Part shown: positions 38,611 to 52,186 of the stretch, piece after piece
How positions within the stretch are numbered: position 1 is the first letter of the stretch
How the letters are laid out: every line of letters starts with the position of its first letter
DNA from: Macrostomum lignano
Lineage: Eukaryota
NCBI GenBank assembly: GCA_002269645.1
Contig: NIVC01002874.1
Span: 1-64,000 of the forward strand
DNA: 64,000 bases
Reading direction: 5' to 3'
Notes under the pieces: generated by a model
Seen by the model: only the letters and a program-made list of their open reading frames with translations
What the model was told of the DNA's origin: nothing
The model's database searches: none
Translations under genes and position numbers: made by a program

Positions 38611-40858
38611 CGAAATCTCACCCGGAACATTTTCACCCGGAACACTACTGAAATTCGGGTCTACACCCAGAATTCCATAGTGTTCCGGGTGAAAAATTCC
38701 GGAAAATCAGACCGGAACAGCTTTCCTTTTCCCGAAAATTTTCCGGATCATATTTCCGGATTTTTTTCCGGAACAAGGGGCTGTTCCGGGCCAAAAAAGC
38801 TGATCCGGGCCTTCACCCGGAAATCAATTAAAAATCGGGCCCGGATCACAAAATTCCGGAAAAAATTCCGGGTGAAACGTTCGACGGGATATTTGAAACT
38901 AGAGTTCTCAAGAGTACTCAACTTAATATCCAAAAGTAGAATAATCACACTTATTTTTTAATACTTGAAATCAATAAAATTTTATCATATTTATCTATAT
39001 TTAAATAGTTGATTAAAGTCAAATAGTTTATAAGATTAAGTAACTTATTTGATAATAACTAGTAAATGTATAAATATGCATTACTATAATCCAAGAAACA
39101 AGAATTAAAATGTACTGTTAATATAAATTTAACAAAATGCATTATTTAATCATCAATATCCATTACAATGAGTCCCTAATATACTAAGCACCAGATGTCC
39201 CAATATACATCAGATAAGCTCCACATTTATCATTATGACTAGTCTAAGACATTGCAATAAGATGAGAGCAAAGCAAACATTCTTTTTCATCTTTAGCAGC
39301 TTTGAATGCAGTGGTGACCCAATATATACTATATTAGAGTAATAGTATGGTCACTTTTGGGATTCCTATAAATTTAGCAATAATGGTAAGCATGTACCTA
39401 TTAAAAAGGCATATAATGATTGCAATATAGCACTTTTGTATGATTGAAATTCTAAAAACTGAATGCTTCATTGTGTTTATTAAAGACCATCCCCTTATAT
39501 ACAAGTTTGTGTCACTAGCTTATATTTGAAAGTAGCATTATTCATTTAAATTTTGTTTCATTTCTTTTAAGACATCCAATTTACAATTATAATATATACC
39601 AAGGTCCTTACTTGGATCTTTCTATTGACTTTCACAATAGTTGCCATTATAGTAATAAATATTTTATTAATTTAATATTCATTATCTATATAGTAATACT
39701 AACCTATAAAGATATGTTTTGCAATACAATGTGTCCAACAAAAAATAAACTTCAAAATTTACCTAGTATTTGACAATGTATGACAGAAATAATTATATAG
39801 AAATATAATATAATATAATATACAATATAGCTAATGCAATAATCCTTGGTTTATCAAGTGCAATAATCCTTGGCTTATTAAGTACAATAACCCTTAATTT
39901 ATCAAGTAGAATAATCTGTCTTTCTAATTAGTCCATCAATAATAGCTTTCAATAAAAAATACATTACTAAGATTTGAACCTAGGTTGCTACATTAGCAGT
40001 TTAGTCTATTCATATCTAGGCTAGCTCTCATTGATTAATTGATTTTATAAATGAATTTATAGGATTTATAATTCAATACTCATATCAAGTCAGTTATGAC
40101 ATAATCAATTTCTCAGGCAAGTCAGTACCAATTGCTATTAAAGTTAGCAATATTGGTTATATAATATAACTTAAGAAGTCTTATACTATGCTTCTATACT
40201 ATGTTTTCAACACTGTGATAATTCAATCCAAATGTCAAAATTCAGCTAAGTACATATTAGCCATAGTTAAGACCATGGCATGCCTTCACTGCAACAAATC
40301 CTATCAAAAAATTTGCTTACGCAATATGCTAGAACTATTCCTAACAAAAAAGTCTATTTGTGGCAACTTTTTGAAAAAAAAACTGCAAAAATCAATAATT
40401 TTCTATTTGAAAAACACTAGTAAAACTTATATTTGAGTCTGTTTCATAGAAACTGCAATGTTAAAGTATGTTAATTAAAAAAGCCATCAATACACTAGCA
40501 AAAAAGTGCTAATAAAAGGAAATAAAATGCTAATATTCTATTAAAGAAAATATTGTCTTTTTAGAAGTTTTTGTCTTGCACCAAATTGTGCAAATTTTGT
40601 CTTGTACCATATTGTGCTAGATGTTTTAGTCTATTATTGCACTAGAATGCATTGGTATATGGGGTGTAGTACACATCCAATCCCCTTTTGTGCCAAAATT
40701 TTCTGTAAAGAAGGCAATCTTCCTGATTATAATATAGGTACATAGACAATAAATAAAAAACCTACTATATTGCAATCTATTTTAGAATCAGAATTCAACT
40801 AGTCAGTTTTTTCTTTAGCATTTTTACTATGCATTTTAAGTCAAAAGAGCTGCTCGAC

Positions 40859-41416
40859 CCAGGATAGAATTCTTGCACAAAAGTTGTTATATGTTTGTAT
40901 GAGCTTGTCAAATTCATACGCACTTGCACGCTGAAAAGGAGCCTACTTGCATGCTCTTAAAGAAGGTGTGTATGTGCTCCATTGTATACGCTTGCGAGGA
41001 AGCTGTTTGCAGCAGAATCACAGACAAGATTTGACTTTTACATGCATTCAACATGGTTATGTGCCATGTAGTATGTGTGCGCTCAAGTTCTCTTACTTTT
41101 CATAGTCCAGAAGGTTGTTTTTATGCCAGAAAATTTAAACAAAAGTAAAACAAAGAATAATAGTTTTTAGCAAAAACAGTTACTTTAAAGTTTAGTGAAA
41201 GTTTAGTGTTTAGTGTTCAAGCTACTTTACATTTAAAGTACAACTTTTTCATTTACATTGGCATAAGAATTGAAAAACTAGAAATTTCATTTTTTAGCAC
41301 ATGGGCCTGCCATGATCTGCATTATGACTTTTTTTACAGCTAGCGTGTGTGCTTGCGCGCTGCTCCAAAAATGTGCGCACGCGTTTTCTTACCCCCGAGC
41401 AAGAATTCTATCCTAG
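40859..41416. mobile_element. 558-bp hAT-type MITE
   Basis: TIR CCAGGATAGAATTCTTGC / GCAAGAATTCTATCCTAG (1 mismatch) and 8-bp TSD TGCTCGAC / TGCTCAAC (1 mismatch). Confidence 0.8.
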
Positions 41417-41908
41417 TGCTCAACCTTTGAAAAAAGCATGTTTTTTAAATATTTAATCCATTTAGCATTCAGCAATTTCTTAATCTTAGCCATGATGCAT
41501 AGTACTGTCATAGCAAAATTTCTGATCATACAGTACAAGTGTACAAGTACAGTGTAAGTAATATAACAAATTTAAGAATAATTGAGGTCTATTATGATGT
41601 CTATACAAATTAACATCTAGTCTTACTACTTTTACATAGAATATACTATAGATTAGGAAAGCAAATGATCCTAGGCTATACTATAAATTAGCTTTAGGTA
41701 TGATAGGATTATCCTATATTAGTCAACTGTTTTCATGCATACCAAGCATGCCAAAATTTTAATGACCCTTTTTATTATGCATGTCAAATATACACTAGGC
41801 CTACTTAGCTGCAGGGTGGTCCGAAGATGCAGTGGGGAGACAAGTGTTGCCCCATCAGCTATATACTAGGCCTAATGTTTAGGCATTTTTAAACAAGCCA
41901 AATGAATT

Positions 41909-42010
41909 CCTATATACTAAAAATGAGTTGTTTGTTTGTACGCAATCGATTAGAGAAAAAATGGCTGGACCGATTTTCTTCGAACTTGCACTGTTCGATC
42001 AGAAATTTTC
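41909..42010 (+). mobile_element. 5' part of a Lep1-like non-autonomous Helitron-type element (copy A)
   Basis: CTATATACTAAAAATG - (TGTT)n - ...GGCTGGACCGATTTT resembles the Lep1-type layout. A second copy lies in opposite orientation at 44271-44380. The 3' end was not defined. Confidence 0.5.
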
Positions 42011-43508
42011 CTGGGACGGTACATGCATCTTGGCTAAGAAATTGCTCCATGTTAAAGCGATTAAATATTCGAAAAACATGCTTTTTTGCAAAGGTCAAGC
42101 AAACTTTTCGACTTGAAATGCATTGTAAGAATGCTAGAGAAAAAACTGACTGGTTGAATTCTGATTCTGAAATAGATTACATCATAACTGAATTGTAACT
42201 CCGACTTGAATTGTGTCACAGTATTGAAAATGCAGTGTGGAAGCGTAGCACTGCAGACTTGATTTAGATTGCGCAACAATATTGTTAACTGATACTGACT
42301 GACTGAGAAATTGATTATGTAATAACTGCCTCGTGTGATTTACTCTATGCTTGGAGTTTTGAAACTTATAATTATAAGTGCTGAATTCATGTTATCAAAA
42401 CGATGAGAGCTAGCCTAGAGGTAAACAGACTGAACTGCTAAATGCAGAAACGATGGTTCGAATTTTTAGAGAGTAGAGTTTTTTTAATTAAAGCTTTTTA
42501 ACGCCAAGAAAACTAAAAAAATCATAAAAGCGTCATGTAAAAAATCATAGAAGCGTCATGTAAAAAAATCGTAGAAGTGTCATGTAAAAAATCGTGGAAG
42601 CATCATGTAAAAAGCATAGAAGTGTCATGTAAAAAATCATAGAAGCGTCATGTAAACAATCATAGAAGCGTCATGTAAACAATCATAGAAGCGTCATGTA
42701 AACAATCATAGAAGCTTCATGTAAAAAATCGTAGAAGCGTCATGAAAAAATCATTAAAGCGTCATGTAAAAATCATAGAAGAGTCATGTAAAAAATCATA
42801 GAAGCATCGTGTAAACAATCATAGAAGCGTCATGTAAAAAATCGTAAGAGCGTAATATAAAAATCATAGTAAGCGTCATTTAAAAAATCATAGAGGCGTC
42901 ATATAAAAATCAAAAAAACGTCATTTAAAAAATCATAGAAGCGTCATGTAAACAATCATAGAAGCGTCATGTAAACAATCATAGAAGCGTCATGTAAACA
43001 ATCATAGAAGTGTCATGTAAAAAGCATAGAAGCGTCATATAAACAATCATAGAAGCGTCATATAAAAAATCATAGAAGCGTCATGTAAAAATCATAGAAG
43101 CGTCATGTAAACAATCATGGAAGCGTCATGTAAACAATCATAGAAGAGTCATGTAAAAAATCATAGAAACGTCATGTAAAAAGCATAGAAGCGTCATATA
43201 AACAATCATAGAAGCGTCATATAAAAAATCATAGAAGCGTCATGTAAAAATCATAGAAGCGTCATGTAAAAATCATAGAGGTGTCATGTAAAAATCATTG
43301 AAGCGTCCTGCAGAAATCGTAGAAGCGTCATGAAATAATCATAGAAGCGTCATGTAAAAAATCATAGAAGCGTCATGTAAAAAATCATAGAAGCGTCATG
43401 TAAAAAATCATAGAAGCATCGTGTAAACAATCATAGAAGCGTCATGTAAAAAATCATAGAAGCGTCATGTAAAAAATCATAGAAGCGTCATATAAACAAT
43501 CATAGAAG

Positions 43509-46141
43509 CTTGGTTTTTTTTCGCCAGAGACAAGGTGCGAAATCGCACCTTGTGCCAAATTTCAAGGTGCGATTTTAAGGCTCAGAGTGCAATTTCTCTT
43601 GAGTCTTGTTTCAGACAACTGGGAATGTATAGACATGTCTTATGTCTATATATCTTTGTACAAAGAATGCCTTGACCTCTTGTCTGTTATCTCGTCTTCA
43701 GATCGCTGCTTTGATAAATAGTAACATGATGAAAAATACTATAACAAAGAAGTTGCTACTTTGTATCAATTCTCCCATTTTTTCATTTCAGAATAAGCCT
43801 TCAGCTTGGAAAGCTTTGTGTTCAAGAGTTCTGGAGACAGGCTTCAACAGGCTGGCTTACCTACATCCATTCTTCTTGGATAACATGGAAGTGGGCCTGG
43901 TGGGACCAGAATTGGATTCAGCATAGCATAGATAAACAGCATATCATTATCAATTGGATTGACACAGCTCAAGCTGATTGAGTGGCAGATCTACTGTTAC
44001 ATTTTACATGCAATGCTGTGTTGCACAGTGCACTATTGAAAATATACTCTTACGCATTAAAAGAATGTTTTCCAGCTACATTTGCAAAGGAAAAGAAATA
44101 AAAAATGTAGAATTTACCATCTAACAATTTTAACAGTCAATATTATTCCTGCTATTCTGCCTTTTTATTTACCTAATGGATGTTGAATTTAATAAAAATT
44201 CTACTATACGTCTATGCAGTTTAAGGCGCTAGTAAATTATGTACGCAGCAAAACTCTAGCTAGCTATAGAGTAAATTCTAATCGAACAGTGCAAGTTCGA
44301 ACAAAATCGGTCCAGCCATTTTTTCTCTAATCGATCACATAGATAGATAGATAGATAGACACAGACAGACCATTTTTAGTATATACATGTAGGATATGTA
44401 GTCGTGGATGATAGATAGTTCCAATCCAACTACCAACACTGTGACAACTAGACTAAAAATGAAAGTTAAAGGTAAAAAGTCAAAGCATTCAAGAGATGGA
44501 TGATGCTTTAATTTGCAAACCTCGAGTTGGAGTTAGAACTCTTGAAGATAATCGAAGAAATCAAAGCAAAAAGACTACTTTTCAAGGAATACATGATCAT
44601 TGAGCAGAGTCACTGACTCACTGCGTAGACAATTAGGGAGACACTAGCAATCTAGTGCCCACTTCGGTGCGCCCAATAAGTAAGGGACAAAATTATTTAC
44701 GTAAATCCTATTTGCCTTGACTCCGATGCAATTCTCCCCGAAAGCCTTGACATAGCCTTGACTTGCTTTTGCTGAATACTAATTTAGCTTTTGTATTATT
44801 GTTTTTGTTTGCATTTAAATAAACATATGTATTGGGTATGTATTATATATTATGTGAATTATTGATTACATATTAAATATCACTTAAAAAACAATCTAAA
44901 AATTAAAATAAAAATATTATAGACTAAACAAGGCTATATGTATATCAAATCTGGCATTAAAACAATTAAAGACATTATTATTAATACATAAAGACATTCT
45001 ATGTCTAGTTTAATAAAAGGTTTTTAGATTATAACAATATAAGATAGATTAGTTTGTAGTTGATTTGTTATATTATTATTATTATATTAAAATATACTAA
45101 AAATACTAATACTTTTTTGTCCAAGTCTACTTTAATTTACTTTAAGCCATATCCCATAACTATACTATATACATACTCAAAGTATATAATATATAATAAT
45201 ATTAGTATAAATATTAGTATGTATGTATACTATTAGTATTATAATATTATTGTACATACATAGGCCTAGCATAGACATAATATAGTACAGTTAAATAGTA
45301 ATTTAAATATAATTTTTTAATTTTACTGTTACAATTATTTTACAATAATTTTATATAATATAATTATAAATAATTACTTCTACTAAAAATAAAAAAAATA
45401 AAGTAAATGTAATTTGGCCCTATTGCCTACTCAAACATTTTTGCAATAGAAGCTCACTCGCCTCACTGATTATGTTATCTAGACTCTAACAGCCTTTTTG
45501 ACTTATAATTTATCATTGATAACTTTAACTTATAACTACCTACTACACAAACAATAGAAATTGGCATTAGTCCTTATAGATAGTCTATATCTATTGATTT
45601 TATATATCTATTCTAGGCCTATTGATTATCTATGAGTCTATGACTATGATTTAATTGTATATATAAGCCTTAGGGCTTAGGCTATTAGATTATGAATATG
45701 ATAAATTTATGAACTTAAATTTAATACTTTACTTCAGTAGAGCTTATGATTAGATAGACCTTTAGATTCTTATAATTTGCATTTGTGTTATATCTATAGA
45801 TTATATATACAAGTACAACTAAATAAACACAAGGCTACCGCTTAACTCATACTTAACATTCTAAGAAAGAGTGAAGACTCCAAAGAGTCAAGAGTGAAGA
45901 TGTCAAAATAAAAAAGTTGAAGTTTATACTAATATACTAGATAAATTAAAATTATCATCATTCATCATTGATTAAAAAGGCCAAATTTAATGTGATCAAA
46001 GATCAAATGATTTTTATATAACTTTTCATATATTATAATATCTTACAGACCGCACCTAAACCGCACCTACTTTTTTAATTTCAGGGTGCGATTTTAAAAT
46101 TTAGGGTGCATACGCACACTCTGCGCACAAAAAAAACCCTG
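43509..46141. mobile_element. ~2.6-kb hAT-like non-autonomous element inserted into the satellite
   Basis: CATAGAAG is duplicated at 43501-43508 and 46142-46149. Imperfect TIRs are CTTGGTTTTTTTTCGCCAGAG and the reverse complement CAGGGTTTTTTTTGTGCGCAGAG, and both subterminal regions carry GGTGCGATTTT motifs. Confidence 0.75.
44271..44380 (-). mobile_element. Lep1-like Helitron-type fragment (copy B), nested in the hAT-like element
   Basis: 44272-44334 is the reverse complement of ~41946-42008 with about 3 differences. It shares the TATATACTAAAAATG 5' end but carries a (TCTG/TCTA)n microsatellite instead of (TGTT)n. Confidence 0.55.
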
Positions 46142-48039
46142 CATAGAAGCGTCATGTAAACAATCATAGAAGCGTCATGTAAACAATCATAGAAGCGTCA
46201 TGTAAAAAATCATAGAAGCGTCATGTAAAAATCATAGAAGCGTCATGTAAAAAATCATACAAGCATCATCTAAAACATCATAAAAGCGTCATGTAAAAAA
46301 TCGTAGAAGCGTCATTTAAAAAATCATAGAAGCGTCATATAAACAATCATAGAAGCGTCATGTAAACAATCATAGAAGCGCCATGTAAACAATCATAGAA
46401 GCGTCATGTAAACAATCATAGAAGCGTCATATAAAAATCATAGAAGCGTCATTTAAAAATCATAGAAGCGTCATGTAAACAATCATAGAAGCGTCATGTA
46501 AACAATCATAGAAGCGTCATGTAAAAAATCATAGAAGCGTCATGTAAACAATCATGGAAGCGTCATGTAAAAAATTATAGAAGCGTCATGCAAACAATCA
46601 TAGAAGCGTCATGTAAACAATCATAGAAGCTTCATGTAAAAAATCATAGAAGCGTCATGTAAAAAATCATAGAAGCGTCATCTAAAACATCATAAAAGCG
46701 TCATGTAAAAAATCGTAGAAGCGTCATTTAAAAAATCATAGAAGCGTCATATAAACAATCATAGAAGCGTCATGTAAACAATCATAGAAGCGCCATGTAA
46801 ACAATCATAGAAGCGTCATGTAAACAATCATAGAAGCGTCATATAAAAATCATAGAAGCGTCATTTAAAAAATCATAGAAGCGTCATGTAAACAATCATA
46901 GAAGCGTCATGTAAACAATCATAGAAGCGTCATGTAAAAAATCATAGAAGCGTCATGTAAACAATCATGGAAGCGTCATGTAAAAATCATAGAAGAGTCA
47001 TGTAAAAAATCATAGAAGCATCGTGTAAACAATCATAGAAGCGTCATGTAAAAAATCGTAAGAGCGTAATATAAAAATCATAGAAGCGTCATTTAAAAAA
47101 TCATAGAGGCGTCATATAAAAATCAAAAAACGTCATTTAAAAAATCATAGAAGCGTCATGTAAACAATCATAGAAGCGTCATGTAAACAATCATAGAAGC
47201 GTCATGTAAAAAATCATAGAAGCGTCATGTAAACAATCATAGAAGCGTCATGTAAAAAATCATAGAAGCGTCATGTAAAAATCATAGAAGCGTCATGTAA
47301 AAATCATAGAAGCGTCATGTAAAAAATCATAGAAGCGTCATGTAAAAAATCATAGAAGCATCGTGTAAACAATCATAGAAGCGTCATGTAAAAAATCATA
47401 GAAGCGTCATGTAAAAAATCATAGAAGCGTCATCTAAAACATCATAAAAGCGTCATGTAAAAAATCGTAGAAGCGTCATTTAAAAAAATCATAGAAGCGT
47501 CATATAAACAATCATAGAAGCGCCATGTAAACAATCATAGAAGTGCCATGTAAAAATCATAGAAGCATCGTGTAAACAATCATAGAAGCGTCATGTAAAA
47601 AATCGTAAGAGCGTAATATAAAAATCATAGAAGCGTCATTTAAAAAATCATAGAAGCGTCATGTAAACAATCATAGAAGCGTCATGTAAACAATCATAGA
47701 AGCGTCATGTTAAAAATCATAGAAGCGTCATGTAAAAAATCATAGAAGCGTCATGTAAACAATCATAGAAGCGTCATTTTAAAAATCATAGAAGCGTCAT
47801 GTTAAAAATCATATAAGCGTCATGTAAACAATCATCGAAGCGTCATCTAAAAATCATAGAAGCGTCATGTAAAAAATCATAGAATCGTCATGAAAAAATC
47901 ATAGAAGCGTCATTTAAAAACTAATGAAAGTGTCATTTAAAAAATTAAGAAGCATCATAGTAGAATAAAAGAAGCGTCATGTCAGACATGAAAGGTGTCA
48001 TGGAAAAATTAAATGCAGCTATAATGCTGTGCTGGGGAG

Positions 48040-49060
48040 AAAAACTGAGACGTCAAGGCTCTCAGAGAATAACTGAGATTACGGGGGGGGGGGGTTTCTG
48101 AGATGTCAAAGCAAAAGTCAGAAGCTAATTCAAAGTTCATGTACTTTACTCAATTTTTTTTATTGCATTCTTTGTTGGCTCGCCACGGGAGGCGCTGATA
48201 GAAGAAGAGTCATGTAAAAAATAAAAGTAGCACTATGTATACATAAAAGAAAAGTCATGTCGAAGTTAAAAGATTCATTTGGGAATTGCTACGATGTCAA
48301 AGCTAGGTGGAAATCGTTATAGTGCTGTGATTCTTAAAGAAGGAATCACTAAAATGTCAAGGCTTAGGGGAGAAGAATTGCTGAGATTTCAAGGCTTTAT
48401 GTTGGGTTAAAGTTAGGTTTAGGTCAGGTGTGGGTTGAGGGTTATATTTTATCGAGTTTCAAGGTTAGCAGGGGATTTTTCAGATTTCAAGGTTTATGGG
48501 CGCTATCGCTGACATGTTAAGGCTTACGGGGGGAATAGCTGACATGTCAAGGCTCACGGGGGTATAAATGAGATTTCAAGGCTAAAGTCAGAAGCTACAT
48601 GTAGTTTATTGAAAACTTTTTATTACATTATTTGATGCCTCCTCAGGGGAGGGATCGCTGATTAAAAAAGCGTAATGTAAAAAATAAAAGAAGCTTCATG
48701 TCGAAGTTAAGATATTCATTTGGGAATCCCTACGATGTCAAGGCTTGCAGGGAATTGCTATAATGCTGTAGTAGTGCTATAATGACTCTTAAAGAGAATT
48801 ACTGAAATTTCAATGCTTTAGGGTTAGGTTAGGCCTAGGGTTAGGGTTAGAAGGTTGACAGATATTTTTAGATTTCCAAGGCTTATTGGGGGCATGGCTG
48901 AGATGTCAAGGGGGGAAGTTGATATGTTAAAGCTTGTGGGGGGGAATTACTGACATGTCAAGGCTTACAAGGTTTGATAGGAGATTTTTTAAGATTTCAA
49001 GGATACATGTAGCTTATTAAAAAAACATGTATTGCATTTCTTTGGCTCCCCAACGGGGGG
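48040..49060. repeat. Degenerate repeat region rich in GA(G/C)AT(G/T)TCAAGGCT motifs with a ~470-bp diverged duplication
   Basis: GTCAGAAGCTA occurs at ~48117 and ~48587 with similar downstream sequence, plus decayed copies of the 22-bp satellite. Confidence 0.65.
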
Positions 49061-49519
49061 CGTAGATTGCTAGTGCCATGCTGAAATGTAAAGCTGCAAT
49101 TGCAACTATAAGATGATCCAATTGGCTTGATTGCCATTTTTATTCTTTGTGCTAATGTTAATATATTCTAAGAAAATAAATTTTCAAAAATCATTCAGTA
49201 TGTTTTACAAAAAATAACAGTTTTAACTAAACTTTTTACTAGACTATAAGTATAACCACGTGCACAATGACAACCACAACCAAAATATAAAACTTCAAAA
49301 TTCAAAGTTTTGATGCATGCCATCATTCATGCCATATTTTTACCATTTCCTTGAGAATGCCAATTGCGCCAGATTTTTAGCATTGCCTTGAGCACGCCAA
49401 TTGCGTCATATTTTTTATCATTGCTTTGAGCACGCCAAAAAAGCACGCCAAAAAAATCTGGCGTACCATATGCAGGCCAGAAAATTCCGGCGTATCTGCC
49501 GCCTTCCTGACTATGGGGC

Positions 49520-49776
49520 CTGTTGTATTGTAGCAGGAAGGATTAAATAGTTGTAGAATACTTTTAGGCGAATTCGCTTTTAACTAGCTGCTTTAAATTT
49601 AGAAGTGATGAAAAATCTGTTGCTAACATACTCCTCTTTTCTTATGAAAAGAATTTCGTTGCTGTCATTCAATCATTCTGGGGATAGGATGATTCGCCTA
49701 AAAGCGAAAGCAAATTCGCCTAAAAGTATTCTACAACTATTTAATCCTTCCTGCTTGATCTGCTACAATACAACAG
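49520..49776. mobile_element. 257-bp long-TIR hairpin element (MITE-like)
   Basis: A perfect 42-bp inverted match GCAGGAAGG...TAGGCGAATT / AATTCGCC...CCTTCCTGC, plus the outer CTGTTGTATTGTAGC / GCTACAATACAACAG. No TSD was found. Confidence 0.7.
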
Positions 49777-51532
49777 CAAACGAAACGAAACGATAGCGAA
49801 AATAATTTTCCTGGAAAAAAGAAAAATCAAAATGAAGATTAAAATTATTAGAACTAAAAAACAAATTTGCAATAAACTGTACGTTATAAAGTTACAATAC
49901 TTTTTGAATTCCTTCAATTACTTTTAACCATTAATATTTACATGAAATAGTATTGAAGGCTAGAATTTTTTGAATATAAAGTGTTGTGCAATTAGTACAA
50001 ATGATTTGAAGATTATTATTGTAAAAAAAACTTTCATCAATCGGTTGCTTTTTCGTTGTGTTGACGACGAATTTTCAATGTTTTTTTCCTGGCTTGGTTT
50101 CCAAAATTTAAAGTCATAATAAATTGTTAGTTTGGAATCATTAACATTGTATAATTAATGACGTAAAACAAATTCATTTCCACAAAATTGTCTAATCTAT
50201 GCGTGCACTTTTGTAGTGTGCCCTTATATACATTGTACTATGCACTAAAAATTGTCTTTAGATATATACCTACCTTTCTTTCTCATATACAAATCTTCTT
50301 CTCATATCCTTATTGTCCAATAGATATAAATAGAATCTATGCATGCGTATCGTCAAGTAGTGCAGTCTGAATAAGTGCAGTGTGGTACATGTATTATTTT
50401 AGTGGTACGTAAATTTGTTTTCGTTGATTACTGGAACTAACATGAAATTACTGTATTTGAAACAGCAGATTAAAAACTAACAACAGGACAGGGGTCGCTT
50501 TCAGAAGCTCGAAATTCCACAACGTCGAAGTTTTGAGCTTTAGGGTATTTCGATCTTACAAAGTTTTCGAGGTTTTGAAGGGAGCTCTGATGTGAAATAT
50601 CGAGCTTATCCCACGCCCCGGATCTGCAGGTATAATATACTCTAACACTGTAAACTTGCACGTACATTTTTACATGCTCATGTAGATTTTTACGGATAAA
50701 AATACGGTTCATATTTATTCCGAGCCCCTAGATCGTGGATGTCCACGCTGAAACATACAGTATGTGTGGTACACTGTACGGGCATTTACAATTACTGAAA
50801 TTAACTGCATTAGATCTGTTAAACCGAATTGAACGCAGGGTTAACCTAAAAGCATGTTTAACATTGAAGATCAAGAAAATCCATTCGATACAATTATGTC
50901 TGTCTCGCAATAAAAAGAATTACTACTGAGATTGAATTAGTGGGAAGTGTCAGAGTTCAGTGCAGTTTTATTATAATTGTATGCCAATATAAACTGTGCA
51001 ATACGCGCGCCAACTCAATGTATTTGCTTTTTACATTTCTAACTGCAAATAGCTGCAAATTTTGCCTAATAAATAAATCTTAATGCATTATCGATTAGAA
51101 ATATCTGCAATTAATTACTAATAAATAATCAGTAAATAGACTATTATATGTTAACAAGTGCAAGGCCATATAATAGAAAAACTTTTAAGCTAACCGACAG
51201 AGAGTGAGATGAAGGGGTGTTCAGTTTTAAAAGTACATAATTAATATCGAAATTAAACTATAATGGGCAGCAGAGGTAGTACAGCTGTAGCTTGCAATGC
51301 TCAGACAGTGCAAGCACAATAGAAGATTGTATGGACCAGAGCTTGTGGGGAATGCAATTTGATTGCTGCTGTACCGTTTAGTGCAAATTTTCCTAGCTTA
51401 CTACAATCTACACTGTGAAATGATGACATTGTAAACACGAATGATTCATTTTATAATTCTGCTGCTATAAATTGTTTGAAGACTTGACAAATCAAACTAC
51501 TTCAGTACATGTAGTGCCCTTCATACAGCCTA

Positions 51533-52020
51533 ATTGGCGCCCACTGGCACAGATTTCAGCGCTCCCTGAGACCCATTTTGGCGCCCCTGACACCGATTTT
51601 GGCGCCTTCTGACCCCATTTTGGCTCCCTGATGATTTTGGCGCCCCTGACACCGATGTTGGCGCCTCGACGATGTTAGCGCTCGCTGACACCGAATTTGG
51701 CGCCCCCTGACACCCCATTTTGGCGCCCTTCGACACCGATTTTGGCGCCCCCCGATACAGACTTTTGGCGTCTCCTGACGCCTCCATTTTGGCGCCCCTG
51801 ACACCGATTTTGGCGCTCCCTGACACCGATTTTGGCGCCCCTGACACCCCATTTTGGCGCCCTCCGACACTGATTTTGGCGCCCCCCCCGACACAGACTT
51901 TTGGCGTCACCTGACGCCTTAATTTTGGCTCCCCTGACAGTCTGACACTGATGTGTGGCGCACCCTGACACCTATTTTGGCGACCCGACGATTTTCGCGC
52001 TCTCAGACATAGAATTTGGC
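51533..52020. repeat. Degenerate ~21-bp GC-rich minisatellite (TTTTGGCGCCCCTGACACCGA)
   Basis: About 22 diverged copies just downstream of the EGF-like gene. Confidence 0.9.
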
Positions 52021-52186
52021 GAGGGTTTAGGGATGAGTTTAACTTGTCAGAATTCTGTGTCTATCCAATAAGCTAAAGTTTCTGCATGCAAAATCAAAAC
52101 AAAATCATCTAAAGTACATGTGCACCTTTGCTGAGCGAGGATAGAGAGAGGATAAATGCTGCGCCGCTGCAGTCGCACCTGTCAGC

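Larger units (their letters stand above)
34751..38888. mobile_element. ~4.1-kb non-autonomous CMC/EnSpm(CACTA)-like DNA transposon with tandem subterminal repeats and internal cargo
   Basis: Left end CCCGTCGAACTTTTCACCCGGAATTT matches the reverse complement of the right end AAATTCCGGGTGAAACGTTCGACGGG with 1 mismatch. The termini are CCC...GGG flanked by AT/AT (an alternative TA reading is possible), and both subterminal regions are CCGG-rich arrays. No intact transposase was seen. Confidence 0.7.
42520..47960. repeat. 22/23-bp AT-rich satellite (AAAATCATAGAAGCGTCATGTAA), two blocks 42520-43508 and 46142-47960 split by a transposon
   Basis: The same monomer occurs on both sides of the insertion, well over 100 copies in total. 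Confidence 0.96.
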
